Notes: generated by a model not told the origin, from the sequence alone. A stretch of DNA of 64,000 bases from Bacteroidota bacterium (GCA_021845665.1 JAJZVO010000014.1:10535-74534); one strand, 5' to 3'. Numbered from the stretch's first letter, positions 27,795 to 38,565 are shown. A program made the numbers and translations.

Positions 27795-29366
27795 ATGGCA
27801 AACTCACCCCCATCTTTTTCGGATCAGTTTACTTCGGTCTTCAAGAAACTGAATTTTCAGCAGAAGATTGGTATAGGTGTGGCGGCTATAGCGTCGATCA
27901 TTGCCGTGGTCATGCTTATTAACTGGGCTAACAAGCCGACGTACGGCGTGCTCTTTTCCAATCTTGAGCCTCAAGACGCATCGCAGATCGTCAACAAACT
28001 GAAATCAGCCGCTGTGCCTTACGAGTTGGGAGACCAGGGTAAGTCGATCCTGGTTCCAAAGAACAAAGTGTACGCACTCAGGCTTCAGTTGGCTGGAGAA
28101 GGTCTGCCGAAATCGAGCATCGTCGGCTATGGAATATTCGACAAGCCGACCTTCGGAATGACGGATTTCACAGAACGCGTGGACTATAAGAGGGCCCTTG
28201 AAGGAGAGTTGGAGAAAACCATTCTACAGCTCGACGAAGTCCAGGGAGCGAGCGTCCATATCGTCATTCCGGAGAAAGCTCTCTTCCGAAGCCAACAACA
28301 GAAGACTACCGCCTCCGTTTTTCTCAAATTGAAGGAAGGGGCTCATCTTAATGGGGAAGAGATAAACGGAATTCAGAATCTCGTTGCGGCGAGCATCGAG
28401 GGACTCAGCCCGGATAATGTGACTATAGTTGATTCGAAGGGAGATATGCTATCCAGAAAGACTTCCGGCCTCGATGCCCTTACATCATCGGAGTACGATC
28501 TGCAGACAAAAGTCGAGAGCTACCTCTCCAACAAAGCGCAGTCGATGCTCGACGCCGTCCTCGGTCCCGGCAACGCCATAGTCCGCGTCAACGCCGATTT
28601 GGACTTCAACCAGGTTGAAAAGACGACTGAGCGGTACGATCCGAATAGTGTCGTGTCGAGCGAGCAGACCATGCAGCAGCATTCCGCGATACCCGGCGAC
28701 TCGCTGTCGAATAATTCTGGACAAACCAACAAGGTAACAAACTACGATGTCGGTAAAACAATTGAGAAAATTGTCGGCAGTGTCGGGAGCATAAAGAAAC
28801 TGTCAGTGGCAGTCATGGTCAACGGGAAATACACTGCTATCGACAAAGGCGGGGTGCGGACGGTAGAATACACACCTCGCAGTCAGCAGGAGCTGGCACA
28901 GCTTACGAACATCGTGGAGTCTGCTGTGGGGTATGACGCGAGCCGGGGAGATCAGGTTTCCCTTGTCAGCATTCCATTTGAAAACGGCGATAGGCAATAC
29001 ATGATGAAGCCGAAGTCGGGATTCCGCGTACAGGATTATGCCGACAAGCTGGTGATACTTGCCGCCATGATCGGTGCGATAATCGTGTTTCTTTCGATAT
29101 TCCGGAAAATGCGGAAGAGAGAAGGAGAACTCACCAGGCCGGTCACTGTATCGACTCAGCAGAGGCAGGCCATATCGGAGGGGGCTAAGGCCTCGATTAG
29201 CCCGCATCAGGATGCCGATTTGCGCGAAAACCTGCAGGCGGCCGAATACTCGGAAGAACTTCTGAGGGTTCAGAAGATCAGGGAGACCGTTGGCGAATAC
29301 ATACAAACGAAGCCGGTCGACGCCGCAAAACTTTTGAAGGTCTGGCTAACGGAAGACAGTGAATAA
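27795..29366 (+). CDS. fliF: Flagellar MS-ring protein FliF
   Basis: N-terminal TM, the YGVLFSNLEPQDASQIVNKL motif, a second TM near aa 430, and a C-terminal FliG-binding helix. Expected position after fliE. Confidence 0.92.
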   Translation: MANSPPSFSDQFTSVFKKLNFQQKIGIGVAAIASIIAVVMLINWANKPTYGVLFSNLEPQDASQIVNKLKSAAVPYELGDQGKSILVPKNKVYALRLQLAGEGLPKSSIVGYGIFDKPTFGMTDFTERVDYKRALEGELEKTILQLDEVQGASVHIVIPEKALFRSQQQKTTASVFLKLKEGAHLNGEEINGIQNLVAASIEGLSPDNVTIVDSKGDMLSRKTSGLDALTSSEYDLQTKVESYLSNKAQSMLDAVLGPGNAIVRVNADLDFNQVEKTTERYDPNSVVSSEQTMQQHSAIPGDSLSNNSGQTNKVTNYDVGKTIEKIVGSVGSIKKLSVAVMVNGKYTAIDKGGVRTVEYTPRSQQELAQLTNIVESAVGYDASRGDQVSLVSIPFENGDRQYMMKPKSGFRVQDYADKLVILAAMIGAIIVFLSIFRKMRKREGELTRPVTVSTQQRQAISEGAKASISPHQDADLRENLQAAEYSEELLRVQKIRETVGEYIQTKPVDAAKLLKVWLTEDSE

Positions 29367-30400
29367 TGGTTAAAGAGATTGCTCGTCAGATTACGTTCGA
29401 ACAGTTGACCGGAAGGCAAAAGGCCGCCGTTCTCATGATAGCCCTCGATGTGGAAAGCGCCGCCCATATTTTCAAGCACCTGGACCAGGGAGAGATCGAG
29501 AGACTTACAGTTGAGATCACCAATATGCAGGGAGTCCATTCCAACGTCATAAACAAAGTAATGGAGGAATTCCAGCAACTTAGCCTGGCCCAGGAGTATA
29601 TAGTGAAAGGCGGACTCGATTATGCCCAGTCCGTCCTCGAGAAGGCTCTCGGCTCGATGAGGGCAGGCGAGATCATAGAAAAAGTCAAAGAGCTTACGAC
29701 GGTCAAAGGATTCTCCGTTCTGAAGAAGGCAGAGCCGCGGCAGCTGGCAAATTTTCTTCAGAAGGAACATCCGCAGACTATCGCTCTTATTCTCAGTCAT
29801 CTTGCTTCGGATCTGGCAGCCGATGTGCTTGAAGCATTCCCGGAGGAACTGCGTGCGGATGTCGCTTTCAGGGTCACCACGCTTGGGAGGGTTGCGCCGA
29901 TGCTTGTGGGAGAAATTGAAAGTGTAGTCGATGAAGTAGCGGATGAGGTGATAAACGAGAACAGTACTTTGACCGGCGGCGCGAAGGCGATGGCAGCCAT
30001 ACTGAACAAAGTCGGCGTCGTCCAGGCAAAATTTTTGATGACATCCATCGAGCAGCGCGACCCGCAGGTTGCTGCGGAAGTCAAGCGCCTCATGTTCATG
30101 TTTGAAGACATCCTTTACATCGACGACCGCAGCGTACAGCGAATACTGCGCGAGGTCGACAAGAAAGATCTTACACTCGCCCTGAAAATTGCGGACGACA
30201 AACTGAAACAGAAGATATACTCGAATATGTCCGAACGCGCGACCGAGATGATCAAGGAAGAGCTCCAGTTCATGGGTCCAGTGAGACTGCGGGACGTGGA
30301 GGCTGCTCAGACAAGGATAGTCGATGTTATCCGGCAGCTGGAAGAAAACGAAGAAATTGTAATAGGTGGAAGGGGAAGTACGGAAGATGTCTTTGTCTAG
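29366..30400 (+). CDS. fliG: Flagellar motor switch protein FliG
   Basis: LTGRQKAAVLMIALD..., EHPQTIALILSHL, and a C-terminal torque-helix region (MSERATEMIKEELQFMGPVRLRDVEAAQ). Confidence 0.93.
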   Translation: MVKEIARQITFEQLTGRQKAAVLMIALDVESAAHIFKHLDQGEIERLTVEITNMQGVHSNVINKVMEEFQQLSLAQEYIVKGGLDYAQSVLEKALGSMRAGEIIEKVKELTTVKGFSVLKKAEPRQLANFLQKEHPQTIALILSHLASDLAADVLEAFPEELRADVAFRVTTLGRVAPMLVGEIESVVDEVADEVINENSTLTGGAKAMAAILNKVGVVQAKFLMTSIEQRDPQVAAEVKRLMFMFEDILYIDDRSVQRILREVDKKDLTLALKIADDKLKQKIYSNMSERATEMIKEELQFMGPVRLRDVEAAQTRIVDVIRQLEENEEIVIGGRGSTEDVFV

Positions 30401-31130
30401 AGAGTTCGTTCATGACAGCAAACCGAACGTTATCAAGATTCATTCACGATCGCACAACTTAAAGATCGTGGATTACAGAAGCGTGATAGAGGAAATAGTT
30501 GCCGACAAAAAGAACGTTGTGAAAGTGGACGTGGACGATATCGTCGGCGGCGCTCAGCCGTTGACTGGTGAGCTTTTCACTACGGGCGCCAACGCAGACC
30601 TTGAGGAGGCGGCAAAGAGAGCGGTTTCCGAGGCGTACGAGAAGGGGTTTGAGGCGGGAAAGCTCGATGCTTCCAGGGCGCTGCAGTCGGAATACGACCG
30701 GAAGGTAGAGCTAGTAACCGAGAATTTCCCATCAGTGCTCAGGGAGTTTGCAGCAGAAGTGGCAAGATTCAATCAGGATTTCGATAAGGCAGTTGTAACT
30801 CTGTCTCTGGCAATCGCTAGAAGGATCGTCGCCAGAGAAATTGCGGAAGACGAAAGCGCAGTCCTTGCAAGATCTCGCGAAGCCATAAGAAAGATAATCG
30901 GTGTCGACAAAATAAAGATTCATATTAATCCTTCCGATGAAGAATATATGAGGGAGCATAGGAACGAGTTGAGCGCCTATGCCGACTCGGTGAAGGAAAT
31001 TGTGATAGAAGCAGACGGTAAAGTCGAGCGTGGAGGATGTATCATCGAGAGTGAACTCGGCAACATAGACGCACGGATTTCCACCCAATTTGCGTTGATA
31101 GAAGAAGCGTTGTTGGGTTTAGCCGAATAA
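30387..31130 (+). CDS. fliH: Flagellar export apparatus protein FliH
   Basis: Central AYEKGFEAGKLDA helix and FliH C-terminal domain (IKIHINPSDEEYM..., ERGGCIIESELGNIDARISTQF). The ATG at 30387 is preferred over the GTG at 30366. Confidence 0.85.
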   Translation: MSLSREFVHDSKPNVIKIHSRSHNLKIVDYRSVIEEIVADKKNVVKVDVDDIVGGAQPLTGELFTTGANADLEEAAKRAVSEAYEKGFEAGKLDASRALQSEYDRKVELVTENFPSVLREFAAEVARFNQDFDKAVVTLSLAIARRIVAREIAEDESAVLARSREAIRKIIGVDKIKIHINPSDEEYMREHRNELSAYADSVKEIVIEADGKVERGGCIIESELGNIDARISTQFALIEEALLGLAE

Positions 31131-32473
31131 TGAACGCAGCTTTGTCCCGAATGGACACTTACGTGGAACACATCGATAAATATATTGATCAGTTGGAGAG
31201 ACTCGATCTCGTAAAAGTGAACGGTCGGGTTTCTGAAGTGATCGGTCTTGTGATAGAGTCTGTCGGACCCACAAGCTCGCTCGGTGATGTGTGCAGCATA
31301 AAATCGCGCGACGGTGAAGAGCTCTGCTTATCGGAAGTTGTCGGGTTCAGGAGCAACAGAGTCCTATCGATGGTTCTGGGAAGCGCGTCGAGCATTAGTC
31401 CGGGAAGTGAAATAGTCGCGAGTGGTAAGACCTTTTCCGTCGGTGTCGGCATGGATTTGCTCGGGAGAGTACTGGACGGTCTCGGCAGGCCGATGGACGG
31501 ACTCGGGCCGGTTGATTTCGAGGAAATGCGCTCGATCTATGCGGCACCTCCGAATCCGCTCGAAAGAAAGAGAATCACGACGCCTATTTCCAGTGGAATT
31601 CGATCTATCGATTCTCTCCTAACGATCGGAAAAGGCCAAAGGATGGGTATCTTCGCGGGGAGCGGCGTGGGCAAAAGCGTTACCCTGGGAATGATTGCCA
31701 GAAATTCCAGTGCCGATGTTAATGTGATCGCCCTTGTCGGCGAACGCGGCAGGGAAGTTAGAGATTTCATAGAAAAAGAGCTTGGCGCAGAAGGTCTTAA
31801 GAAAAGCGTTCTGGTTGTGGCCACAAGCGACCAGGCCTCGCTGATACGCGTCAAGTCTTCGCTGATAGCGACGACGATAGCCGAATATTTCAGGGACAAG
31901 GGCCTGGACGTTCTTCTCATGATGGACTCCGTCACTCGTGTCGCAATGGCACAGAGAGAAGTCGGGCTTACAATCGGTGAACCTCCCACCACGAAGGGAT
32001 ACACTCCGAGTGTGTTTGCGCTTCTACCGAGGCTTCTTGAACGTGCCGGCAATGCCCGAAAGGGGAGCATTACAGGCTTATACACAGTCCTCGTCGAAGG
32101 CGACGACATGAACGATCCGATTGCCGATGCCGCGAGGTCGATACTCGACGGGCATATCGTGTTATCGAGGAAGCTCGCCTCTTCGGGCCATTATCCGGCA
32201 GTCGATGTCCTGGAGAGTGTCTCCCGCGTTATGCCTGATGTGACTACTGCCGAGCACAGGAAAGCCTCAGGGTTTCTTCTCGATTTACTCGCCACATATC
32301 GTGAAGCCGAGGATCTTATCAACATAGGCGCGTATGTGAAGGGAAGCAATCAGAAGATAGACAAAGCGATTTCGATGATCGAACTCATAAGGAAATTTCT
32401 GAGGCAGGGAATGGATGAAGCATCGACTCTCGATGATGCGGCGAGCAGGCTAATGGAGTTGACTAAAGACTAG
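31130..32473 (+). CDS. fliI: Flagellum-specific ATPase FliI
   Basis: Walker A GSGVGKS, Walker B DVLLMMDSVTR, and the F1/T3SS ATPase fold pattern. Confidence 0.95.
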   Translation: MNAALSRMDTYVEHIDKYIDQLERLDLVKVNGRVSEVIGLVIESVGPTSSLGDVCSIKSRDGEELCLSEVVGFRSNRVLSMVLGSASSISPGSEIVASGKTFSVGVGMDLLGRVLDGLGRPMDGLGPVDFEEMRSIYAAPPNPLERKRITTPISSGIRSIDSLLTIGKGQRMGIFAGSGVGKSVTLGMIARNSSADVNVIALVGERGREVRDFIEKELGAEGLKKSVLVVATSDQASLIRVKSSLIATTIAEYFRDKGLDVLLMMDSVTRVAMAQREVGLTIGEPPTTKGYTPSVFALLPRLLERAGNARKGSITGLYTVLVEGDDMNDPIADAARSILDGHIVLSRKLASSGHYPAVDVLESVSRVMPDVTTAEHRKASGFLLDLLATYREAEDLINIGAYVKGSNQKIDKAISMIELIRKFLRQGMDEASTLDDAASRLMELTKD

Positions 32474-32484
32474 GAAATGTAGAA

Positions 32485-32913
32485 ATGGCAAAATTCAAGT
32501 TCAGGTTGCAGTCATTGATCAAAGTAAAGGAGATTCAGGAAAAGAAGGTGGAGCGAGAGCTTGCGACGATTAAGAACAAGATATTGCAGGAGCAGGCTCG
32601 CCTTGAGGATCTTAAGCATGAACACGAAAAACTCATCACCACGTCTCCTCTTGAAGGAAAGGTGAGGGTTGCTGAGATCGCCCTTCACCAGGACTACATC
32701 CAGAAGATTTCCAGCCAAATTCATTTTGAAAACGCGAGAATCGTTCTCTTGACCCAATCGGAGAACAAGAAGATAGACGAAGTGATGGAAGCCAAAAAGG
32801 ATAAAGAAGCCATAGAGCATCTGAAAGAGAAACAGTTTGAAGAATACAAAAAAGACATCGAAAAAAAGGAGCAGGTGTTGATCGATGCGCTTGCTCAGAG
32901 GATTAGCGGCTGA
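32485..32913 (+). CDS. fliJ: Flagellar export chaperone/stalk protein FliJ
   Basis: FKFRLQSLIKVKE start, an all-helical charged 142-aa protein, immediately after fliI. Confidence 0.8.
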   Translation: MAKFKFRLQSLIKVKEIQEKKVERELATIKNKILQEQARLEDLKHEHEKLITTSPLEGKVRVAEIALHQDYIQKISSQIHFENARIVLLTQSENKKIDEVMEAKKDKEAIEHLKEKQFEEYKKDIEKKEQVLIDALAQRISG

Positions 32914-32915
32914 CG

Positions 32916-33503
32916 ATGAAAACCATAGTTGCATATATCCTTGGATTCTCAGTGACTTTCACTGTCATCGCCGGAGGAATGTACTTCTTGTCTGAGAAAT
33001 ATCCGTGGATGTTCGGGCAATCAGATGCGCAAACAGTTAAGAATGCAGCGGATTCGGCGGCGGTCCCGAGTTCGGGCGGACTTATTGGGCTCAGCGGCGC
33101 TGGAGCTGGGACCGGTTCTCCGGGCGGTGAAAACCAGACGATACTCACACTCAGAAAAATTCTTGCCGCAAAAAACGATACGATCTCAGTCAGGGATGAT
33201 TCGATCAGGGCATTGAACCAATCTATCTCTCAACTTCAGACGAAAACTTCCGATGCTAATGGTATGATCGCTCAGCTTCAAAGTGAAGTCCATTCCTGGA
33301 AAAGCAAGAAGAAGGCAGACCTTGCGTCGGCTTACAACGATATGGATCCCGCGGCCGCTGCGAAAATTATGGCGAATCTCGACGACAGCGATATCATTTT
33401 CATCTTATCGACAATACAAAAGAAGCAAGCTGGAAAAATCCTCGGAGATCTCGACCCTACCCGGGCCGCGAGACTGATGATGAGTCTAAATTCGACCCAA
33501 TGA
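32916..33503 (+). CDS. YlxF/MotE-like flagellar protein with MgtE-N-like C-terminal domain
   Basis: N-terminal TM, a coiled coil, then PAAAAKIMANLDDSDIIFILSTIQKKQAGKILGDLDPTRAARLMMSL. It occupies the fliJ-ylxF-fliK position seen in Bacillus-type operons. Confidence 0.6.
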   Translation: MKTIVAYILGFSVTFTVIAGGMYFLSEKYPWMFGQSDAQTVKNAADSAAVPSSGGLIGLSGAGAGTGSPGGENQTILTLRKILAAKNDTISVRDDSIRALNQSISQLQTKTSDANGMIAQLQSEVHSWKSKKKADLASAYNDMDPAAAAKIMANLDDSDIIFILSTIQKKQAGKILGDLDPTRAARLMMSLNSTQ

Positions 33504-35167
33504 CGCCGACAACTCAAATATTGGGCATCAACGCCGCCGGTGCACCGCCAACAATCGGGACACCACCGGTGGTTTCGGACTCTCCTGCGAACACTCAGGG
33601 ATTCAACGAGTTGCTGGAGGTCTTAGCATCACTGATGACCGGCAATGGGGTCGTTCAACCGCCTGCGGCACAGAGCGGCCAGGTCGCTACTCAGTCCTCG
33701 TGCCAACCTTCTCAGGAATCAGCATCCTCGGGGATCCCCTCCGGTAATTCGACCATCGCAGTCCTGGATCAGCAATTGGCAGCGATGTTGTCCGGGAGTC
33801 TTCCTTCGAAACAGGCGAATGGTCCTGCCGCTGACGTACAAACTGCATCTGAGTATTCGCCGGCGGGTTTGCCGCTGACAATGCCGTATCTGACTGCTTT
33901 GAACAATCAAAATCAACCGGGCCTTTCGAGTAGTGTACTGCCTTCACTGCCCGGCCTTACCCCCGCGGTATTATTGCAGGCCGAGAGCGAACTCGCGTCA
34001 CTTGTCGAGCAGTACCAACTTTCCTCGACTCAGGGAGGTGCGCCGGCGAGTGCTCCCAATATTTCGCAACAGAGTTCGAATTCCGGGAACATTACAACCA
34101 ATCCTGTCGACGCGGCCCAGCAGGCGGCAAATTCACCGGCGACCAGAGAAGACTTAATAAACCTATTGTCGTTGGCTTCTGGAAGTGCCCCTGATCCTAA
34201 GGCAATTAAAGAACTGAGTACCATATTGGCTGACATGACCGGCAGTGACTCCGTTTCTCAGCAGAATATTTCCAAGAGATTAGAAACTTTAGATCCGGCA
34301 GCCGTGTCGGCGCAACTTTCACAGCAGGGTTCACAGGTTAATTCCGTCAACTCATCAGCCGGAATTCCATGCGTCCAGGGACGGACTTTCTCCCAGCAAA
34401 CACCCCTTGCCACGGGCAAGATAATTCCGCAAAGCAATGGAACAACGGTGTCTGCTTCCCAGGGCAACGGCGCAACAGTCTTAACCCCCCAAGATAATGG
34501 GACAACGGCATCACCCGCTCAATCGCTTTCCCCCGCAACGCCGGCTCAGGCCGGGCAATCACAGGTGACTGCCACGGGCCAGGGAAGTCAGAGCGCTGCC
34601 AACTCAGGTAAAGGATCTGCCGATCTTCTGAAGGCGGATGTATCCCAGACTTACGTAGCGATTGCAGGCCAGCAGAAAGCAAGTACGACTTTCCAGCAAA
34701 CGCTATCGGCGGTCTCTGAGAATCAGCTGGCCACGTTAGCTAAGCCCGATACGCTTCAGCTTGCGCAGAACATAGTGAAGGAAGTCAGCATGATGTCGCA
34801 GCAGGGGAAGACGATCGTAAATATGAAACTTGAGCCTGAATCGCTCGGGTCGGTTACGCTACAGGTATCAAGCGAGGGCGGGAAGATCAGTGCGCAATTT
34901 GATGTGAAGACAGCGGATGCCAGAGCTTACCTTGAGGCTTCCGTTCCTGAAATAAGGCAGGCGCTGGAAACCAACGGAGTGTCTGTGTCTCATCTCGGAG
35001 TGAGTCTTTCCGGCGGTGAACTGCCTGCGGGAAATCAAAAGTTCGGGTATCAACCTAAGAGACAACCAGCCAGGTACTTCAGCGGCCAGCAGGAAGTCTC
35101 GATGCCGGTTTCCGGGCCGGGGACTTCTAGGAGCTTCGGCTACAATACAATGGAAATGCAATTATAG
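33500..35167 (+). CDS. fliK: Flagellar hook-length control protein FliK
   Basis: Long S/T/Q/P-rich ruler region and a C-terminal Flg_hook domain (MKLEPESLGSVTLQVSSEGGKISAQFDVKTADARAYLEASVPEIRQALETNGV). Confidence 0.85.
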   Translation: MTPTTQILGINAAGAPPTIGTPPVVSDSPANTQGFNELLEVLASLMTGNGVVQPPAAQSGQVATQSSCQPSQESASSGIPSGNSTIAVLDQQLAAMLSGSLPSKQANGPAADVQTASEYSPAGLPLTMPYLTALNNQNQPGLSSSVLPSLPGLTPAVLLQAESELASLVEQYQLSSTQGGAPASAPNISQQSSNSGNITTNPVDAAQQAANSPATREDLINLLSLASGSAPDPKAIKELSTILADMTGSDSVSQQNISKRLETLDPAAVSAQLSQQGSQVNSVNSSAGIPCVQGRTFSQQTPLATGKIIPQSNGTTVSASQGNGATVLTPQDNGTTASPAQSLSPATPAQAGQSQVTATGQGSQSAANSGKGSADLLKADVSQTYVAIAGQQKASTTFQQTLSAVSENQLATLAKPDTLQLAQNIVKEVSMMSQQGKTIVNMKLEPESLGSVTLQVSSEGGKISAQFDVKTADARAYLEASVPEIRQALETNGVSVSHLGVSLSGGELPAGNQKFGYQPKRQPARYFSGQQEVSMPVSGPGTSRSFGYNTMEMQL

Positions 35168-35174
35168 GTGAACT

Positions 35175-35894
35175 ATGCAACTAAATGACATTACGTCCGC
35201 TCTGCCAACCTCAAGCACGCCAACGTCCGGGGCATCATCTGCTTCGTCGTCGTCTTCCAGCCAGTCGCCTTCGGGCGCCAACTCTTCGCAGACGCTTAAC
35301 GAGCAGGATTTTCTCCAGATGTTGGTGACTGAGCTTCAAAACCAGGATCCGACAAACCCGTTACAGAGTACTGCTCTGGCGGCACAGTTGGCACAGTTCA
35401 GCTCCGTAAGCGAGCTCCAGACCCTGAACACCAACGTCCAGAATTCGACAAACGCAAATCTCGTCATGACACAGTCGATCAGCAACACGATGGCTGCAAC
35501 ATTGATTGGGAAAAAGGTTCAGGTAAACACATCGCAGATCAACTATGACGGAACCACCAATCCGACGCTCGGATTTACGCTGCCGAGCAGCGCGGCCGAT
35601 GTCAAGGTCAACATTCTGAACTCCGATGGTACTGTAATCAGGACGATAGATGAAGGGCCAATGGCGAGCGGTGACCAGATGCTGACGTGGGACGGCAAAG
35701 ACAGTTCCGGGAATCAGGTCCCCTCAGGCAGCTATTCTTTCTCAGTCAGTGCCGCCGACTCGCAGGGGAATCAGATTACGCCTTCGCTTTATGTGTTGGG
35801 TACCGTACAGGGAGTCAAGTTCGGCTCCAACGGCGCTTCTCTCCTCGTTGACGGGTCGCAAGTCGATCTCTCAAGCGTTCAGGAGATCTACTGA
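35175..35894 (+). CDS. flgD: Flagellar hook capping/assembly protein FlgD
   Basis: LNEQDFLQMLVTELQNQDPTNPL motif and a C-terminal FlgD Ig-like domain (VNILNSDGTVIRTI...GNQVPSGSYSFSV). Confidence 0.92.
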   Translation: MQLNDITSALPTSSTPTSGASSASSSSSSQSPSGANSSQTLNEQDFLQMLVTELQNQDPTNPLQSTALAAQLAQFSSVSELQTLNTNVQNSTNANLVMTQSISNTMAATLIGKKVQVNTSQINYDGTTNPTLGFTLPSSAADVKVNILNSDGTVIRTIDEGPMASGDQMLTWDGKDSSGNQVPSGSYSFSVSAADSQGNQITPSLYVLGTVQGVKFGSNGASLLVDGSQVDLSSVQEIY

Positions 35895-35896
35895 GA

Positions 35897-36289
35897 GTGA
35901 AGATGCAGGAAGTAAACGGAGTCAAAGTCCCCTTTGTCCCCATCGGAGGTGTAGACGGATTAAGTTCTACTCCCCAGATTACTACGCCGGAAGGAAAAAC
36001 GTTTGATGAGGTTCTCAGAGGTGAGTTGGAGGGAATTAAATTTTCCCATCATGCACAGTCAAGGCTGGAATCGAGAAACATCCAGCTTTCAAGTGAGGAC
36101 ATAAGACAGCTTTCCGATGCAGTAAGCCAGGCAGGACAGAAAGGTGCACAGGACTCTCTTGTCGTAATGAAGAATGTAGCATTCATCGTCAATGTCAAGA
36201 ATCGCACTGTCGTAACGGCAGTTGACGGTGAAAACTTGAACAACAATTTGTTCACGAACATCGACAGTGCGGTCTTAATTAACAAATAA
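35897..36289 (+). CDS. Flagellar operon protein (TIGR02530-like, found between flgD and flgE in Firmicutes-type clusters)
   Basis: IKFSHHAQSRLESRNIQLSSEDIRQLSDAV...DSLVVMKNVAFIVNVKNRTVVTAV matches my recollection of that family. Positional conservation supports it. Confidence 0.65.
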   Translation: MKMQEVNGVKVPFVPIGGVDGLSSTPQITTPEGKTFDEVLRGELEGIKFSHHAQSRLESRNIQLSSEDIRQLSDAVSQAGQKGAQDSLVVMKNVAFIVNVKNRTVVTAVDGENLNNNLFTNIDSAVLINK

Positions 36290-36424
36290 CAATGGGCTGG
36301 CCTCCCGGTTCCGAAACTTCGGGATACGGAGAAGCCCCTCCGAAGCGCCGACTGACTGACGCGCTTCGACAAATCCGGTGGAGACCAGGCACGTGTCTTC
36401 GCCGTTAAAATGGAGGGTTACAAG

Positions 36425-38545
36425 ATGCCATTCAGTGCTTCTCTAACTTCTGCCATCTCGGGTCTGGACAGTCATCAGACCATGATGGATACAATCGCAA
36501 ACAATATCGCAAACGTCGACACGATCGGCTACAAGTCGAGTGATGTCATCCTCGGCGAATCGTTCGATCAGGTCCTGAGAAACGCTACGGGTCCGAACGG
36601 TCTCAGCGGCGGAACAAATCCGATTCAACTCGGTCTCGGCGTCTCCGTCCAGTCTACCGACACGAATATGACGCAGGGTAATCTCCAGACGACCGGCCAA
36701 AACACCGACCTCGCTTTACAGGGACAGGGGTATTTCATAGTCGATCTAAACGGCAACCAGTATTACACTCGTGCCGGAGCATTCCAGTTCAATGCAAACG
36801 GTCAGTTGGTGGACCCTGGGACCGGCGCCATAGTACAGGGAAAGACGGCCGATACGCAGGGCAACCTCCCAGTCGGCTCTGCCGTTTCGGATATCACGAT
36901 TCCGTATGGACAAAAGTCGCCCGCCAAAGCTTCAAGTTACATTCAGATGAGCGGTAATCTCGATTCGTCGAAGACTCCGCTGGGCACAATTATGCAGTCC
37001 AATTCCGTCTATGCCGTCGACAACGGACAGAGCGACGTCGAAGGGCTCCTCGCTGCCGACGCCGGCGGAGGGAACAACCACGTGATCACTGGAATGGTGC
37101 CAGATTCGACCACGATGACGATGACCGTGGACGGTAAGGCCTATACTTACACATACGTCACCACGGACTCTGGAACCGGCAAAGGTGATTTCCACACAAT
37201 GCAGGATCTTGTCAATGAAATAAACTACAGCTTGAACCAGCAGTTCAGTGGCTCTTCGCCGGTAACGGCTTCTGTAAATACAACCAACGGTTCCATCAGC
37301 TTTGTGAACAGCGGAACCGCATCACATTCAGTCCAGATCACCAGCACAAACCCCGTCCTTCAAGCTGCTATGGAGGCCTCAAGCCCCGTGACACTCGCGG
37401 CAGGAGGCGCAACTTTCTCGACACAGGAATTTTCCCACGTCGCCACAACGTCCGACTTGCTCTCCAACCTGCGTAACAACACTGGTGGGAGCCTCGGCAT
37501 CGCGAACGGGGATCAGATAAACATAAACGGGCAGCTGGACGGTTCTGCCATAACACCCGGGGTCCTGCAAGTAAATGGATCGTCTACAACTTATGGCGAT
37601 CTGGCTAAGAGTGTGACGTCTGCATTTGGCATTACAAATCAGACCGGAACGACGATCGATCCTCAGACTGGCGCATTGACTATCAATGCTGACGGCGGGA
37701 CTGCTCATTCGGTCTCCAATATCGACATAGCCGATGGAACGAACGCCGCGGCCGGTTTCAACAATGTTTTCAGCGCGAAGGCAGGTGACTGGACGCAGAC
37801 TCAGGCCGCAACCGATGTGACGCAAAACATTTCAACAACGATTTACGACTCGCTCGGAAACCAGTATAACGTCACTCTCTCGTTCACGCGGGACATAACC
37901 AGGCCGAACACCTGGACATGGCAGGCCTCTGTAGACAAACCTGCCGTTATCACCGGCGGCGGCTCCGGTACGGTCGTCTTCAACAATGACGGCTCTTTGA
38001 ATACCTTCACGTACGCGGATGGCTCTTCAAGCCTTCAGATCAACCCCGCCCCGGTCGGCAATGCTTCAAATCTCAGCGCGAATTTGATGAGCCTGAAATT
38101 GAATCCGGGGACTTCCGGCAATTTCTCCGGCCTCACTCAGATGAGCGGTGCCTCCACGACGGTGTCCGGTCAGCAGGACGGGTATGGCTTGGGGGTGCTC
38201 AACAGCGAATCGATTGATCAGAACGGCAACATCATCGGTCAGTTCTCAAACGGAACCACGCGCACTTTAGGGCAGGTGATGCTTGCCACATTCAACAACC
38301 CGAGCGGCCTCGTCAATGTTGGCGGTAATCTCTTTGCCGCATCGCCCAGCACCGGCAATGCCATCGTCGGAGAAGCAGGTACTGCGATACCTACCCAGGT
38401 TGTAAGCGGATCACTCGAACAGTCGAATGTGAACCTCGCAAGTCAACTCTCTAACATGATCGTTGCGGAGCGTGGCTTCCAGGCAAATGCCCAGGTCATC
38501 AACGCGAGCGACACTCTTCTCAATACACTGGTAAACCTCCAGTAA
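36425..38545 (+). CDS. flgE: Flagellar hook protein FlgE (long form, ~706 aa)
   Basis: N-terminal MPFSASLTSAISGLDSHQTMMDTIANNIANVDTIGYK and a C-terminal SGSLEQSNVNLASQLSNMIVAERGFQANAQVI. A large T/S/G/N-rich central insertion. GGAGGG lies 7 nt before the ATG at 36425. Confidence 0.92.
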   Translation: MPFSASLTSAISGLDSHQTMMDTIANNIANVDTIGYKSSDVILGESFDQVLRNATGPNGLSGGTNPIQLGLGVSVQSTDTNMTQGNLQTTGQNTDLALQGQGYFIVDLNGNQYYTRAGAFQFNANGQLVDPGTGAIVQGKTADTQGNLPVGSAVSDITIPYGQKSPAKASSYIQMSGNLDSSKTPLGTIMQSNSVYAVDNGQSDVEGLLAADAGGGNNHVITGMVPDSTTMTMTVDGKAYTYTYVTTDSGTGKGDFHTMQDLVNEINYSLNQQFSGSSPVTASVNTTNGSISFVNSGTASHSVQITSTNPVLQAAMEASSPVTLAAGGATFSTQEFSHVATTSDLLSNLRNNTGGSLGIANGDQININGQLDGSAITPGVLQVNGSSTTYGDLAKSVTSAFGITNQTGTTIDPQTGALTINADGGTAHSVSNIDIADGTNAAAGFNNVFSAKAGDWTQTQAATDVTQNISTTIYDSLGNQYNVTLSFTRDITRPNTWTWQASVDKPAVITGGGSGTVVFNNDGSLNTFTYADGSSSLQINPAPVGNASNLSANLMSLKLNPGTSGNFSGLTQMSGASTTVSGQQDGYGLGVLNSESIDQNGNIIGQFSNGTTRTLGQVMLATFNNPSGLVNVGGNLFAASPSTGNAIVGEAGTAIPTQVVSGSLEQSNVNLASQLSNMIVAERGFQANAQVINASDTLLNTLVNLQ

Positions 38546-38565
38546 TAGTAGGATGATTTCCGGTT

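Noticed and set aside
33500-35300. S/T/Q/P/A-rich stretches in FliK and the FlgD N-terminus as possible tandem DNA repeats
   Set aside because: This is compositional bias of ruler or linker regions. I found no exact nucleotide tandem repeat unit on reading the sequence.
36387-36401. AGGCACGTGTCTTCG upstream of flgE as a sigma-54 promoter
   Set aside because: The -12 element reads TTCG (CG instead of GC). The predicted TSS (~36412) would coincide with the flgE SD (36413-36418), leaving essentially no leader. I keep it only as a weak possibility.
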